A DNA stretch of 64,000 bases from an uncultured Pseudomonadota bacterium (GTDB taxonomy: Bacteria > Pseudomonadota > Gammaproteobacteria > Burkholderiales > SG8-39): assembly GCA_963834845.1 (NCBI GenBank), contig CAWICY010000004.1, positions 2,649,530-2,713,529 of the forward strand, read 5' to 3'. Numbering within the stretch: the first letter of the stretch is position 1; every line of letters begins with the position of its first letter. This document shows, piece after piece, positions 15,852 through 25,336 of the stretch. Under the pieces are notes generated by a model. That model ran no database searches and had not been told where the DNA came from. It saw nothing but the letters and a program-made list of their open reading frames with translations. The translations under genes and the position numbers were made by a program.

Positions 15852-17359
15852 GCTGGCAGGCGGCGACGCTCGGCGAGGTGCTCGAAGCGCAGGCACGCGC
15901 GCGCCCGCGGGCCGAGGCGCTGGTGACCGCGACGGCGCGCCTCACGTACACCGAATTGCTCGCAGCCGCGCGGCGCGCCGCCGGCGGCATGCAGGCCATG
16001 GGCCTCGCCAGGGGCGAGCACGTCGCGATCCTCATGGGCAACGACGAGAAGTGGTTGGCCCTCTTCTACGGCGCGGCGCTCGCCGGCCTCGTCACGGTGC
16101 CGGTCAACACGCGCTTCAAGGCGCCCGAGCTCGACTACTGCCTGAAGAAGGCCGACTGCAAGGCGCTCTTCTATGTCGAGCGTTTCCTCAACAACGACTA
16201 CGGCGCGATGGTGCGCGAGCTGCGCCCGCCGCGCGCGCTCGACGTCTCGCAGTCGATGCCCGAAGGCGAGTTCCGCGGCGCGCAGGTGTCGCCAGGCGAG
16301 CTGCTGCTCATCCAGTTCACCTCGGGCACCACCGCCTATCCGAAGGGCGTGATGCTGACGCACGACAACATGCTGAGGAATGCCTTCGCCGCGGGAACGC
16401 GCATCGGCGTGGGCGCCGATGACCGCTACTTCAACTGCCGGCCGCTGTTCCACGTCGGCGGCTCGACGCTCTCGGCGCTCATGTCGCTCGTGTTCGGTGC
16501 CTGCCTGGTGACGCTGCCCAGCTTCGAGGCTGGCGCGGCGCTCGCCATGATGGAGCGCGAGCGCTGCACGCTCACCTCGGGCAACGACACCATCTTCCAG
16601 ATGCTGATGGGCCACGAGGACTTCGCCAGGCGCAGGCTGTGCCTGCGCGGCGGGTGGGCGGCGGCCGGCCCGCAGACCATGAGGAGGATCATCGACGTGC
16701 TCGGCGCAAAGCACATCTGCGCCGCCTACGGCCTGTCGGAGGCGTCGCCCAACGTGGTGATGAGCGACTGGCGCGAGCCCGAGGCGCTGCGCGTCGAGGG
16801 CCTGGCGCGGCCGCACGAGGGGCTCGAATTGCGCATCTCCGCCGAAGGCGAGATCCAGGTGCGCGGCTGGAGCGTGATGCGCGGCTACTACAACGACCCC
16901 GAGCAAACCGCAAAAGCGTTCACCGCCGACGGCTGGCTGCGGACCGGCGACCTCGGCGCGCTCGACGCCGAAGGGCGCTTGCGCATGCTCGGGCGCCTGA
17001 AGGACGTGTTCCGCGTCGGCGGCGAGAACGTCGCGCCGGCGGAGGTCGAGGAAATGCTGCTCGCGCATCCCGCGGTCGCAAGCGCGCAGGTGATCGGCGT
17101 GCCAGATGCGCGCCTGGGCGAGGTGCCCTGCGCCTACGTCACGCTGAAGGCCGGCGCGCGTGCGTCCGAGGCGGAGCTGGTCGCCTGGGCGAAGGCGCGC
17201 GCGGCCAATTTCCGCGTGCCGAGATATCTCAGGATCGTGGCGGACTTCGAGGCCATCGGCATGACCGCCAGCGGCAAGGTGCAGAAGGCGAAGCTGCGCG
17301 AGCATGCGCTGCGCGAGCTGGGTTTGAAAATCGAGCCTGGCCCCTTTTCCTTTTCATGA
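15848..17359 (+). CDS. AMP-dependent synthetase/ligase (acyl-CoA synthetase)
   Basis: IQFTSGTTAYPKGVMLTH (AMP-binding motif I), ...YGLSEASP..., TGDLG.LD.EGRL....R.KD....GGENV.P.EVE, ...SGKVQK. Confidence 0.9.
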   Translation: MSWQAATLGEVLEAQARARPRAEALVTATARLTYTELLAAARRAAGGMQAMGLARGEHVAILMGNDEKWLALFYGAALAGLVTVPVNTRFKAPELDYCLKKADCKALFYVERFLNNDYGAMVRELRPPRALDVSQSMPEGEFRGAQVSPGELLLIQFTSGTTAYPKGVMLTHDNMLRNAFAAGTRIGVGADDRYFNCRPLFHVGGSTLSALMSLVFGACLVTLPSFEAGAALAMMERERCTLTSGNDTIFQMLMGHEDFARRRLCLRGGWAAAGPQTMRRIIDVLGAKHICAAYGLSEASPNVVMSDWREPEALRVEGLARPHEGLELRISAEGEIQVRGWSVMRGYYNDPEQTAKAFTADGWLRTGDLGALDAEGRLRMLGRLKDVFRVGGENVAPAEVEEMLLAHPAVASAQVIGVPDARLGEVPCAYVTLKAGARASEAELVAWAKARAANFRVPRYLRIVADFEAIGMTASGKVQKAKLREHALRELGLKIEPGPFSFS

Positions 17360-18543
17360 TCGGTCGCGCCGTCCTGTTACTGTCCCTGGCTGCGTTCGCC
17401 AGCGCCGCGAGCCTGCGCGCCACCGATCCGCTGCTACCGCTGATCGCCGGCGAATTCCGCGTGACCGCGGGCGCGGCCGCGGCGGTGATCACCGCGTTCT
17501 CGATCGCCTACGGCGTGCTGCAGCTGATCACGGGACCGCTCGGCGACCGCATCGGCAAGTACCGCATGGTCTGCATCCTGTGCGCGCTGTCGGCGATTGG
17601 CTGCCTCGCCTGTGCGGCGGCGCCCACGCTCGAGCTGCTGGTGGCGGCGCGCTTCGCCTCGGGCGCCACGGTCGGCGCCATCGTGTCGCAGGCGATGGCA
17701 TGGATCGGCGACGCCGTTCCCTACGAGCGGCGCCAGCCGGTGCTGGCGCGTTTCCTGATCGGCCACATGCTCGGCGTCGCCTTCGGCACCGCGGGTTCGG
17801 GCGCGCTCGGCGAGCTGTTCGGCTGGCGCGCGATCTTCGTTGCGCTCACGCTGCTGTACGCGGCGACCGCGGCGCTGCTGTACGTCGAGCTGCGGGGCAA
17901 CCCCCACACGCGCGACGCCGGTCCCGCGGCGGGCTCGTTCGGCGAGGCGTTCCGCCGCATGGGCGCTCTGCTCGCCGGGCGCTGGGTGCGGGTGATCCTG
18001 GCGATCGTGTTCGTCGAGGGGGCGCTGTTCACCGGCGCGCTGGCCTTCGTGCCGTTCTACCTGCACCAGCGCTTTGGCGCCTCGCTGGCGGCGAGCGGCG
18101 CGCTGGCGGCGGTATTCGCCGCGGGCGGGCTGGTGTACGCCGCGGTGGCCGGGCGCATGGTGCCGCGCCTGGGCGAGCGCGGCCTGGCGATCGGCGGCGG
18201 CTCGGTCCTCGGGCTGGGCTACCTCGGTATGATCGCGGCGCCGCACGCAGCGTTCTCGATCCCGTGCATGTTCGCCGTCGGCATGGGCCTGTACATGCTG
18301 CACAACACGCTGCAGGTGAATGCGACGCAGATGGCGCCGCAGGCGCGCGGCGCGGCGGTGGCGCTGTTCGCGTGTTCCCTGTTCACCGGGCAGTCGCTCG
18401 GCGTGTGGCTCTCGTCGCGGCTGGTGGACAGTGTCGGAGTATGGCCGGTGTTCGCGGTCGCGGGGATCGGGTTGCCGCTGCTCGCGGCCGAGTTCAGGCG
18501 GCGGCTGGCGCAGCGCGGCGCGCTTTTCAAGGGAGAGCAATGA
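17356..18543 (+). CDS. MFS transporter
   Basis: About 395 aa with 12 predicted hydrophobic segments. GPLGDRIGKYR motif (MFS loop 2-3). ATGA overlap with the ACS gene. Confidence 0.85.
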   Translation: MIGRAVLLLSLAAFASAASLRATDPLLPLIAGEFRVTAGAAAAVITAFSIAYGVLQLITGPLGDRIGKYRMVCILCALSAIGCLACAAAPTLELLVAARFASGATVGAIVSQAMAWIGDAVPYERRQPVLARFLIGHMLGVAFGTAGSGALGELFGWRAIFVALTLLYAATAALLYVELRGNPHTRDAGPAAGSFGEAFRRMGALLAGRWVRVILAIVFVEGALFTGALAFVPFYLHQRFGASLAASGALAAVFAAGGLVYAAVAGRMVPRLGERGLAIGGGSVLGLGYLGMIAAPHAAFSIPCMFAVGMGLYMLHNTLQVNATQMAPQARGAAVALFACSLFTGQSLGVWLSSRLVDSVGVWPVFAVAGIGLPLLAAEFRRRLAQRGALFKGEQ

Positions 18544-19283
18544 TGTCCGAAAAAGAGATTCTTGCGGGACGTGTGGCGCTGGTGACCGGCGCCTCGCGCG
18601 GCATCGGCAAAGCGATCGCCCTGGCGCTCGCCGCGGCGGGCGCCGACGTGGCGGTGAACTACCGCGCGCGCGCGGACGACGCGCAGGCGGTCGCCGCCGC
18701 GATCCGCGCCCTGGGGCGAAGGAGCGTCGCGCTCGGCGCCGACGTGTCGCAGGGCGCGGCGGTGGCGAAGCTCGTGCGCGCGGCGGAAGAGGCGCTCGGA
18801 CCGATCGGCGTGCTGGTCAACAACGCGGGCGTGGCGCTCAGGCGCGGCCTCGACGAGCTCGGCGAGGACGACTTCGACCGCACTATTGCCGTCAACCTGA
18901 AGTCCGCGTTCCTGTGCACCCAGGCGGTATGGCCTGGCATGCGCGCGCGCGGCTGGGGGCGCATCGTCAACATCTCCTCGGGCGCCGCGCGCGGCGCCGG
19001 CATCGTCGGCCCGCACTACAACGCCTCCAAGGCCGGCATGGAAGGCCTCACGCGCGGCTACGCCGCGCGCCTGGTCAAGGAGGGCGTCACCATCAACGCG
19101 GTGGCGCCATCGCTCATCGACAGCGACATGACCGCGGGGCACCGCGCCGAGAGCGCGGCGCGCATTCCGGTCGGACGCCTCGGCACGGGGGAGGAGGTCG
19201 CATCGGTGGTGGTGATGCTGGTGGGCAACGCCTACATGACCGGCCAGACGGTGCAGGTCAACGGCGGCCTGCACTTCAACTGA
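18540..19283 (+). CDS. Short-chain dehydrogenase/reductase (FabG-like 3-oxoacyl reductase)
   Basis: VALVTGASRGIGKAIA (TGxxxGIG), NNAG, YNASKAG (YxxxK), ...TGQTVQVNGG. Confidence 0.9.
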   Translation: MMSEKEILAGRVALVTGASRGIGKAIALALAAAGADVAVNYRARADDAQAVAAAIRALGRRSVALGADVSQGAAVAKLVRAAEEALGPIGVLVNNAGVALRRGLDELGEDDFDRTIAVNLKSAFLCTQAVWPGMRARGWGRIVNISSGAARGAGIVGPHYNASKAGMEGLTRGYAARLVKEGVTINAVAPSLIDSDMTAGHRAESAARIPVGRLGTGEEVASVVVMLVGNAYMTGQTVQVNGGLHFN

Positions 19284-19293
19284 GCGGCCGATG

Positions 19294-21387
19294 CTAGAAC
19301 GGCAGCCTGCCCTGCACGCCAAGCATGTAGCTGCGCCCGGGGGCAGGCTCGTAGAAGCGCTGGTTCGACTCGTTGACGATCACCGAGCCGACGTAGTCCT
19401 TGTCCGCGAGGTTGTCGATGCGCAGGAACTCCGACAGCTGCCAGTCGCGCGCCTGCTGCCGGAAGCCGAGCGCCAGGTTGGCGATGGTGTAGGCGTCGGC
19501 GAACTGGGTGTTGGCGTCGTCGGCCGCGATGCGCGAGCGGTACTGCACCTCGAACAGCACGTTGAAGCCGGTCGGGGCGTGCCTCCAGCGCAGCTCGCCG
19601 TAAACGCTGTTGCGCGGCACGCTGGGGAGAACGTTGCCCGCGGCGACGGCGCCGCTGCCGCCGGTGAAGCTGTCCTCGAACGTGGCGTCGAGCAGGGTCC
19701 AGGCGAGCGCTGCCTCGATGTCGTAGGGCAGCGTTGCGCTCGCGCCGAGCTCGGCGCCGCTGCGATGCGTGCGACCGGCATTCTTGTACGTCGTGCGCCC
19801 GCCGCTGCTGGTGTCGACCACGATCTCGTCGCGCGTCTGGATGTCGTACAGCGCGAAATTGACCCGCAGGTTGGAAGCGAAGAGCGCCTTGATGCCAGTC
19901 TCCCAGTGGCGGCTGGTGGCCGGCTCGAGCGCGAAATTAAGGCCGGTGCCGGTGGGGCTGTATGCCATCTCGGCGAAGGTCGGGGTCTCGAAGCCCTGGC
20001 CGTAGCTTACGTAGGCGCTGGCCGTCGGCGTGATGCGGTACAACAGTCCCGCCGTCGGCGTGGTGGCGCTGAAATCGCGGTTGCCGCTGTCGTCGAGATT
20101 GCTCGGCAGCACGATAAAGTGGTCGACCGAGTCGAACGACACCCGGCTGGCGCGCACGCCGGCGATCGCAACCCACTTCTCCGCCGGGCGCCACTCCGCC
20201 TGCGCGTAAGCGCCGGTGCTGGTGACGGTATCGTCCTCGTCGCGCTTCAGGTTGGTGAGATCGCCGAAGTTGTTGATGTAGCCGCGGCGCCGCTCGTCTT
20301 GCAGCTCGTACTCGGCGCCGACGTTCAGCGTGAGCGGCCGTCCGGCGAGCGATCCCTCGTGCGCGAAGCGCAGGCCGGCGCCGCCGAAGTTGCGACCGAG
20401 GTCCACCACGCCGCCCGAGCTGGTCGGCGCGTTCTGCGCGCCGAGCGGGATCGCCAGGTACTGGCGAATGGTGCGGTCGCCGGCGTACAGCGTCGCGCTC
20501 ACCGTGTTGTCCCCGAAGTGATGCTCTAGCGTGCCGCCGAGCTGGTTCTGCAGGACGCTCTTGCGCGTGTCGAACGCAATGGCATTGGTGCCGGCCTGGC
20601 GCCGGTCGGAGTCGAGCTGCGCGCGCGTCAGCCCGAGCGGGTCCTGCACCTCGGGGCTGTTGAAGTAGTTGGCCACCACCGTCACCGTGGTATCGCCACC
20701 CAGGCCGAAGCGCAGCTTGGTGTTCAAATTGTCGCGCCGCGCGCTGCTGTGGTCGCGGTAGCCGTCGGTCTCGAACCGCGCTCCGCTCGCGAGCCAGTCC
20801 ATGTTGCCGCTGCGCTCGCCCGCCTTGACGCCAGCGCGCCAGGTGCCGAAGGAGCCCGCCTCGGCGCCGGCATCGAATCCCGGCGCGCTCGAGCCGCTCT
20901 GCGTGAACACGTTGATCACGCCGCCCGCGGCGTTGCCGTACATCACCGAGAACGGGCCGCGCAGCACCTCGATTCTCTCGGCCGAGCCGAGGTCGATGTG
21001 CGACACCTGCCCCTGGCCGTCGGGCATGCTCGCCGGGATGCCGTCCACCAGCAGCCGCAGGCCGCGGATGCCGAAGGTCGAGCGCGCGCCGAAGCCGCGC
21101 GAGGAGATCTGCAGGTCCTGCGCGTAATTCTGGCGGTTCTGCGCCACGATACCCGGCACGCTGCCGAGCGACTCTGATAGGTTCACCTGGGGCCGCGCCG
21201 AATGGATGTCCTCGCCGTAGACGCGGTCGATGGAGGCCGGCACTTCGAGGATGGGGCGCTGGCTGCGCGTCGCGGTGACCGTCAGCGCTTCGTCGGCCGC
21301 GGGCTGCTGGGCGAGCGCCGCCGCCGGCACGCAGAGCTGCGCACAAATCGCGAGACCGCGAAAGGGGAAAGCGAGGAATTGCTGCAC
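19294..21387 (-). CDS. TonB-dependent outer-membrane receptor
   Basis: GTG start with GGGAGGG RBS and signal FLAFPFRGLAICAQLCVPAAALA. Plug motifs (LTVTATR..., IEVLRGPFSVMYGNAAGGVINVFT). C-terminal ...YMLGVQGRLPF. An in-frame ATG at 21591 with an AGGAGG RBS also exists (see findings). Confidence 0.88.
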   Translation of the reverse strand: MQQFLAFPFRGLAICAQLCVPAAALAQQPAADEALTVTATRSQRPILEVPASIDRVYGEDIHSARPQVNLSESLGSVPGIVAQNRQNYAQDLQISSRGFGARSTFGIRGLRLLVDGIPASMPDGQGQVSHIDLGSAERIEVLRGPFSVMYGNAAGGVINVFTQSGSSAPGFDAGAEAGSFGTWRAGVKAGERSGNMDWLASGARFETDGYRDHSSARRDNLNTKLRFGLGGDTTVTVVANYFNSPEVQDPLGLTRAQLDSDRRQAGTNAIAFDTRKSVLQNQLGGTLEHHFGDNTVSATLYAGDRTIRQYLAIPLGAQNAPTSSGGVVDLGRNFGGAGLRFAHEGSLAGRPLTLNVGAEYELQDERRRGYINNFGDLTNLKRDEDDTVTSTGAYAQAEWRPAEKWVAIAGVRASRVSFDSVDHFIVLPSNLDDSGNRDFSATTPTAGLLYRITPTASAYVSYGQGFETPTFAEMAYSPTGTGLNFALEPATSRHWETGIKALFASNLRVNFALYDIQTRDEIVVDTSSGGRTTYKNAGRTHRSGAELGASATLPYDIEAALAWTLLDATFEDSFTGGSGAVAAGNVLPSVPRNSVYGELRWRHAPTGFNVLFEVQYRSRIAADDANTQFADAYTIANLALGFRQQARDWQLSEFLRIDNLADKDYVGSVIVNESNQRFYEPAPGRSYMLGVQGRLPF

Positions 21388-21654
21388 GAGATATTCCCTC
21401 CCTGATCGCTTACGTTCGCGCCGCCGGTCAGGGCCGCAGCGCAGTCCTCTGCATCGCAATTCTGCCATACGGCGCGCCTCGCTATCCCGCGCCGCGCTTG
21501 CCCGGCGTGGAATTGGGCTGGTTGCCGACGGCGGCCACTCGGCGTTAAAGCCCGTAAACGCTACGGCGCTTCGGGCGGCAACCGACCGCATGCAAAACCT
21601 CCTGTCTGACTCAATGCGGTGAGGAATCGCGGGCGCTGGCGCGACGGGCCAGGA

Positions 21655-22647
21655 TCAGCGCACCACTACACCCCAGGGCTTCTCCCCGACCGATACGTCC
21701 CGCAGCCGCTCGTTCTTTTCGGTGTCGATCACCGACACCGAGTTCGAACGGCCATTCGCGACGTAGAGCTTCTTCGCGTCGGGTGTCAGCGCCATGTTCC
21801 AGGGGCGCTTCCCGACCGGGATCGTGGCAATGATCGCATTCGAAGCGGTGTCGATCACCGATACCGTAGCATCGCCGCCGTTCGATACGTACACCCATTT
21901 GCCGCTGGGGTGCACGGCGATGCCATTGCAGCGCACCCCCGCCTTGATGCGCGTGATGACCTTGAAATTCACCGCGTCGAGCACGTAGACATGGTTGGCG
22001 TTCTCGGCGGCAACGTAGGCGCGGCTGCCGTCGGGCAGGAAGCCGATGCCGCGCGGTCGCGCGCCGACAGGCACCTGGGCGATCTCCTTGCGTTGGCCGA
22101 CGTCGATGATGTCGACCGCTTCGCCTTCCTCGGCGCTGACGAACACGAGCCGCCCATTCGGGCTGAATACCGCGTGCTCGGGGTTCTTGCCGCGCACCTT
22201 GACGACGAAGGCCTTGCGGTTGTCGCGGGTATCGACGAATGCGACGTCGTTGCTTTCCTCGATCGCCGCAGCGACCCAGCGCCCATCCGGAGACATCCCC
22301 ACGCCTTCGGGCGATTCGCCCAGCGGCACGGACGCGGCTTCCCGACGGGTGCTCAAGTCGATCAGCACGAGGCGATTGTTGGGTTGGTCGCTCACGTACA
22401 GCCAGCGGGCGTCGAGGCTTACTGCGGTGCCGCGGGGCTTCTTGCCGGCGGCCAGCTCTGCGACCACCGCGTCGGTCCCGGTATCGATGATGGATACGGT
22501 GCCGGAGCCCTCGTTGGGCACATAGGCATATGGCGCCGCGAGGAGCGTATGCGGCAGCACCCACACGAGCGCGCACAGGAACCGCGCGAGCGAGATGGCG
22601 CGACGCAAGACGCGGCTAATCTCTTGCACCGGCGGCGCGCAGCGCAT
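21655..22647 (-). CDS. YVTN-family beta-propeller repeat protein (resembles the PQQ-dependent-catabolism-associated propeller family)
   Basis: Repeated ~40-aa units (YVPNEGSGTVSIIDT, LYVSDQPNNRLVLIDL, VYVSNGGDATVSVIDT, LYVANGRSNSVSVIDT). Signal-like FLCALVWVLPHTLLAA. Start ambiguous (ATG 22668/22647 or TTG 22608). Confidence 0.82.
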   Translation of the reverse strand: MRCAPPVQEISRVLRRAISLARFLCALVWVLPHTLLAAPYAYVPNEGSGTVSIIDTGTDAVVAELAAGKKPRGTAVSLDARWLYVSDQPNNRLVLIDLSTRREAASVPLGESPEGVGMSPDGRWVAAAIEESNDVAFVDTRDNRKAFVVKVRGKNPEHAVFSPNGRLVFVSAEEGEAVDIIDVGQRKEIAQVPVGARPRGIGFLPDGSRAYVAAENANHVYVLDAVNFKVITRIKAGVRCNGIAVHPSGKWVYVSNGGDATVSVIDTASNAIIATIPVGKRPWNMALTPDAKKLYVANGRSNSVSVIDTEKNERLRDVSVGEKPWGVVVR

Positions 22648-23275
22648 CGATGGTCTCGCGGTTGCCATTGTCGATCGCCATGGACAGAGCGGTCTTGCCG
22701 CGGTTGTCGCGCTTCGCCGCGTCAGCTCCCCGCAGCAGCAGCAGCTTCACAGTGGCGGCTTGGCCGTATCCGGCGGCCCACATCAGCGCGGTCAGTTCGT
22801 TGCTGTATGCAGTGTTGACATCGACGCCGGCGTCCAGCAAAGCGGCGAGGCAGTCTGCGTGGCCGGTGCCCGCGGCGTAGATGGCGGCGGTCTTCTTGAC
22901 CCGATCGGCCAGCATCGGGTCGGCCTTGCGCGCGAGCAGCATGCGCACGATCTCCGCGTGCCCGTTGTAGGCCGCGCTCATGAGCGGCGAAACGCCAGCG
23001 GCATTCTGCAAGTTAACATCCGCGCCGCGCTCGAGCATGAGCTTCACGATCTCGGCCTTGCCGTTCTTGGCGGCCGTGTTCAGCGGGGTGTCGCCGATGC
23101 GATTGCGCGAGTCGGGATTCGCGCCCTGCTCGAGCAGCGCAGTTGCGCTGGCCACGCTGCCGGAACGCACAGCCACCAGCAGTTCCGCATTGACGTTTTG
23201 GAGTCCGGCCTGGCCCCAAGAATTGCAGGCCACCAACAGCAGCCCGACGATCCCCAGCGGTCTGATTACTTGCAT
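22616..23275 (-). CDS. Ankyrin-repeat lipoprotein (exported)
   Basis: MQVIRPLGIVGLLLVAC has a lipobox (LVAC). At least five ANK repeats follow (G.TPLN.AAKNGKAEIVKLMLERGADVN, G.SPLMSAAYNGHAEIVRMLL, LTALMWAAGYGQAATVKLLLLRGAD...). Confidence 0.85.
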   Translation of the reverse strand: MQVIRPLGIVGLLLVACNSWGQAGLQNVNAELLVAVRSGSVASATALLEQGANPDSRNRIGDTPLNTAAKNGKAEIVKLMLERGADVNLQNAAGVSPLMSAAYNGHAEIVRMLLARKADPMLADRVKKTAAIYAAGTGHADCLAALLDAGVDVNTAYSNELTALMWAAGYGQAATVKLLLLRGADAAKRDNRGKTALSMAIDNGNRETIDALRAAGARD

Positions 23276-23563
23276 TTGCCTTACGCTCCGAGCACTATTC
23301 GAAGCCGAGAGGAGCGTGAACCCGCTCGATCGGCTCATTTTCGAGGTACGCTGCGACGCACGGCCCGCTTTCGCTCAAGGTCGGCATGAGCGTCGCCGGC
23401 GCGGTTCAATGCATTTTCCAATGCTTCTCATATAGAGTAACAAAAAAACAAGAGCCGTTAACGATTACTTGGTCGCTTGGCCGCGGCTGGGTCTTTGGTC
23501 AAGCGTGAGGTGTTGGCAGGATCGCAAAACAAGCGAAACAGAAACTACGCGAGGGAGACATCC

Positions 23564-25285
23564 ATGTTCAGGGAACGCAAGACGCTTCTCATTCGGGCCG
23601 GCGCGGCCGCTGCCTTGATGGCGGCAGCGGGCGTGGTCGGCGCGCAGAAGATTCAGGCTCAAAAAGCGGGGCCCGGCACCAGCGCGATCAAGAGCGTCAA
23701 TGTCAGCCAGGCGATGCTCAATGGTTCCGACAAGCAGGACAAGAACTGGCTCCAGACCAACGGTGGCTACGCCCAGACGCGCTACTACACCGGGTCGCAG
23801 ATCAATACCGGCAACGTGAAGAAGCTGAAACCGGCATTCGTTTTCCAGACCGAGGTGGTGGAATCGATGGAGACGGCGCCGATCGTCGTCGACGGCGTCA
23901 TGTACCTGACCACCTCGTTCGATCACGTGTACGCCGCCGACGCGGTGACGGGCAAGGAGCTCTGGCACTACAAGCACAAGATGGGGCCGATCACCACATT
24001 CTGCTGCGGCCCGAACAACCGCGGCGTGGCGATCTCCGGTGGAGCGCTTTACCTCGGGACGCTCGATGCGAAGCTGGTGTCGCTCGACGCCAAGACCGGC
24101 AAGGTCCTGTGGGAAACGCAGATCGCCGATCCGGAGAAGGGCTATAGCGAGACGATGGCTCCGACGGTCGTCGACGGCAAGGTGCTGATCGGCACCAACG
24201 GCGGCGAGTACGGCATCCGCGGATTCGTGAAGGCCTATGACGCGGCCGACGGCAAGCTGCTCTGGACCTTCCACACCATCCCCGAAAAGGGGCACGAGGG
24301 CGCGTGGGCGGTCAACGATGCGACGGGCCGCAACATGCACCGCGATATCGCGGCGGAAAAGGCCGCGTTCGAGAAGGACAGCTCGTTCTATCAGACCCTC
24401 GGTGGCGGCGTGTGGATGAACCCTTCGGTCGACCTCAAGACCCGCACCATCTTCTTCGTCGTCGGCAACCCGTCGCCCGACCTGTATGGCGCGATTCGTC
24501 CTGGGGATAACCTGTACACCGACTCCATCGTGGCCGTCGATCTGGACAAGGGGACCTACAAGTGGCACTCCCAGTACGTCCCGCACGACGTGTGGGATCT
24601 CGATGCCGTCAGCGCCACGATGCTGATCGACGTCAAGGACAAGTCGGGCAAGATGGTTCCGGCCGTGATTCATGGCGGCAAGACCGGCCACGTGTACATC
24701 CACAACCGCGAAAGCGGAAAGCTGATCCGGTTCTCGCAGGCGATGATCCCGCAGGAGAATATGTGGGTGCTGCCGACTCCGGAGGGTGCGCGCATGCTGC
24801 CCGGCGCCAATGGCGGCGTGGAATGGTCGCCGATGGCGTTCAGCCCGAAGACCAGGCTCGTCTATGCGCTGAACCTGCACCAGCCGATGACTTACCACGT
24901 CGAGGCCTCCCCCTACCCGGGCGGGAAGCTCTGGCTCGGCGGCGCGTTCAAGACCATACCGACCGAGAAGCAGTGGGGCCGCGTCGCGGCGGTGAGCGTC
25001 GACTCGGGCAAGGTGGTCTGGAAGCATGACACCGAGCAGCCGCTTATCGGCGGCGGATTGGCGACGGCGGGCGGATTGTTCTTCTTCGGCGAGGGCAACG
25101 GCAATTTCAACGCCCTTGACGCGAAGACCGGCAAGAAGCTCTGGAGCTTCAACTGCGGCGCCGGCGCCAACGCGATGCCCGTGTCCTACATGGTCGGGGG
25201 CAAGCAGTACATCGCCATGGGCTGCGGTGGCAATACCCAGCTCAACTTCAAGCGCGGCAACAGCGTCTTCGTTTTCGCGCTCTAA
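23564..25285 (+). CDS. PQQ-dependent alcohol dehydrogenase (methanol/ethanol family quinoprotein), D-x-D lanthanide-type signature
   Basis: GAGGGAGA RBS and a signal peptide. Propeller W-motifs. Vicinal disulfide FCCGPNNRG. Active-site region [11 protein letters not shown] (WDLD at 24593-24604). No C-terminal haem domain. Confidence 0.92.
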   Translation: MFRERKTLLIRAGAAAALMAAAGVVGAQKIQAQKAGPGTSAIKSVNVSQAMLNGSDKQDKNWLQTNGGYAQTRYYTGSQINTGNVKKLKPAFVFQTEVVESMETAPIVVDGVMYLTTSFDHVYAADAVTGKELWHYKHKMGPITTFCCGPNNRGVAISGGALYLGTLDAKLVSLDAKTGKVLWETQIADPEKGYSETMAPTVVDGKVLIGTNGGEYGIRGFVKAYDAADGKLLWTFHTIPEKGHEGAWAVNDATGRNMHRDIAAEKAAFEKDSSFYQTLGGGVWMNPSVDLKTRTIFFVVGNPSPDLYGAIRPGDNLYTDSIVAVDLDKGTYKWHSQYVPHDVWDLDAVSATMLIDVKDKSGKMVPAVIHGGKTGHVYIHNRESGKLIRFSQAMIPQENMWVLPTPEGARMLPGANGGVEWSPMAFSPKTRLVYALNLHQPMTYHVEASPYPGGKLWLGGAFKTIPTEKQWGRVAAVSVDSGKVVWKHDTEQPLIGGGLATAGGLFFFGEGNGNFNALDAKTGKKLWSFNCGAGANAMPVSYMVGGKQYIAMGCGGNTQLNFKRGNSVFVFAL

Positions 25286-25305
25286 CCAAAGCGCAGCAGC
25301 ATGGC

Positions 25306-25336
25306 GAGGCCGCCTTCGGGCGGCCTCGTTCGTTTT
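25306..25336 (+). terminator. Stem-loop GAGGCCGCC-TTCG-GGCGGCCTC followed by GTTCGTTTTA (intrinsic terminator or attenuator after the PQQ-ADH gene)
   Basis: A perfect 9-bp GC stem with a TTCG tetraloop at 25306-25327, then a T-rich tail. Lies 21 nt after the ADH stop. Confidence 0.6.

Noticed and set aside
21388-21654. Cobalamin riboswitch upstream of the TonB-dependent receptor
   Set aside because: I could not find the B12 box or the GGGAA…GGTG…AATCC…GCCACTG core in either orientation. The only similarity is an AATTCC. An Infernal scan is needed before any riboswitch call.
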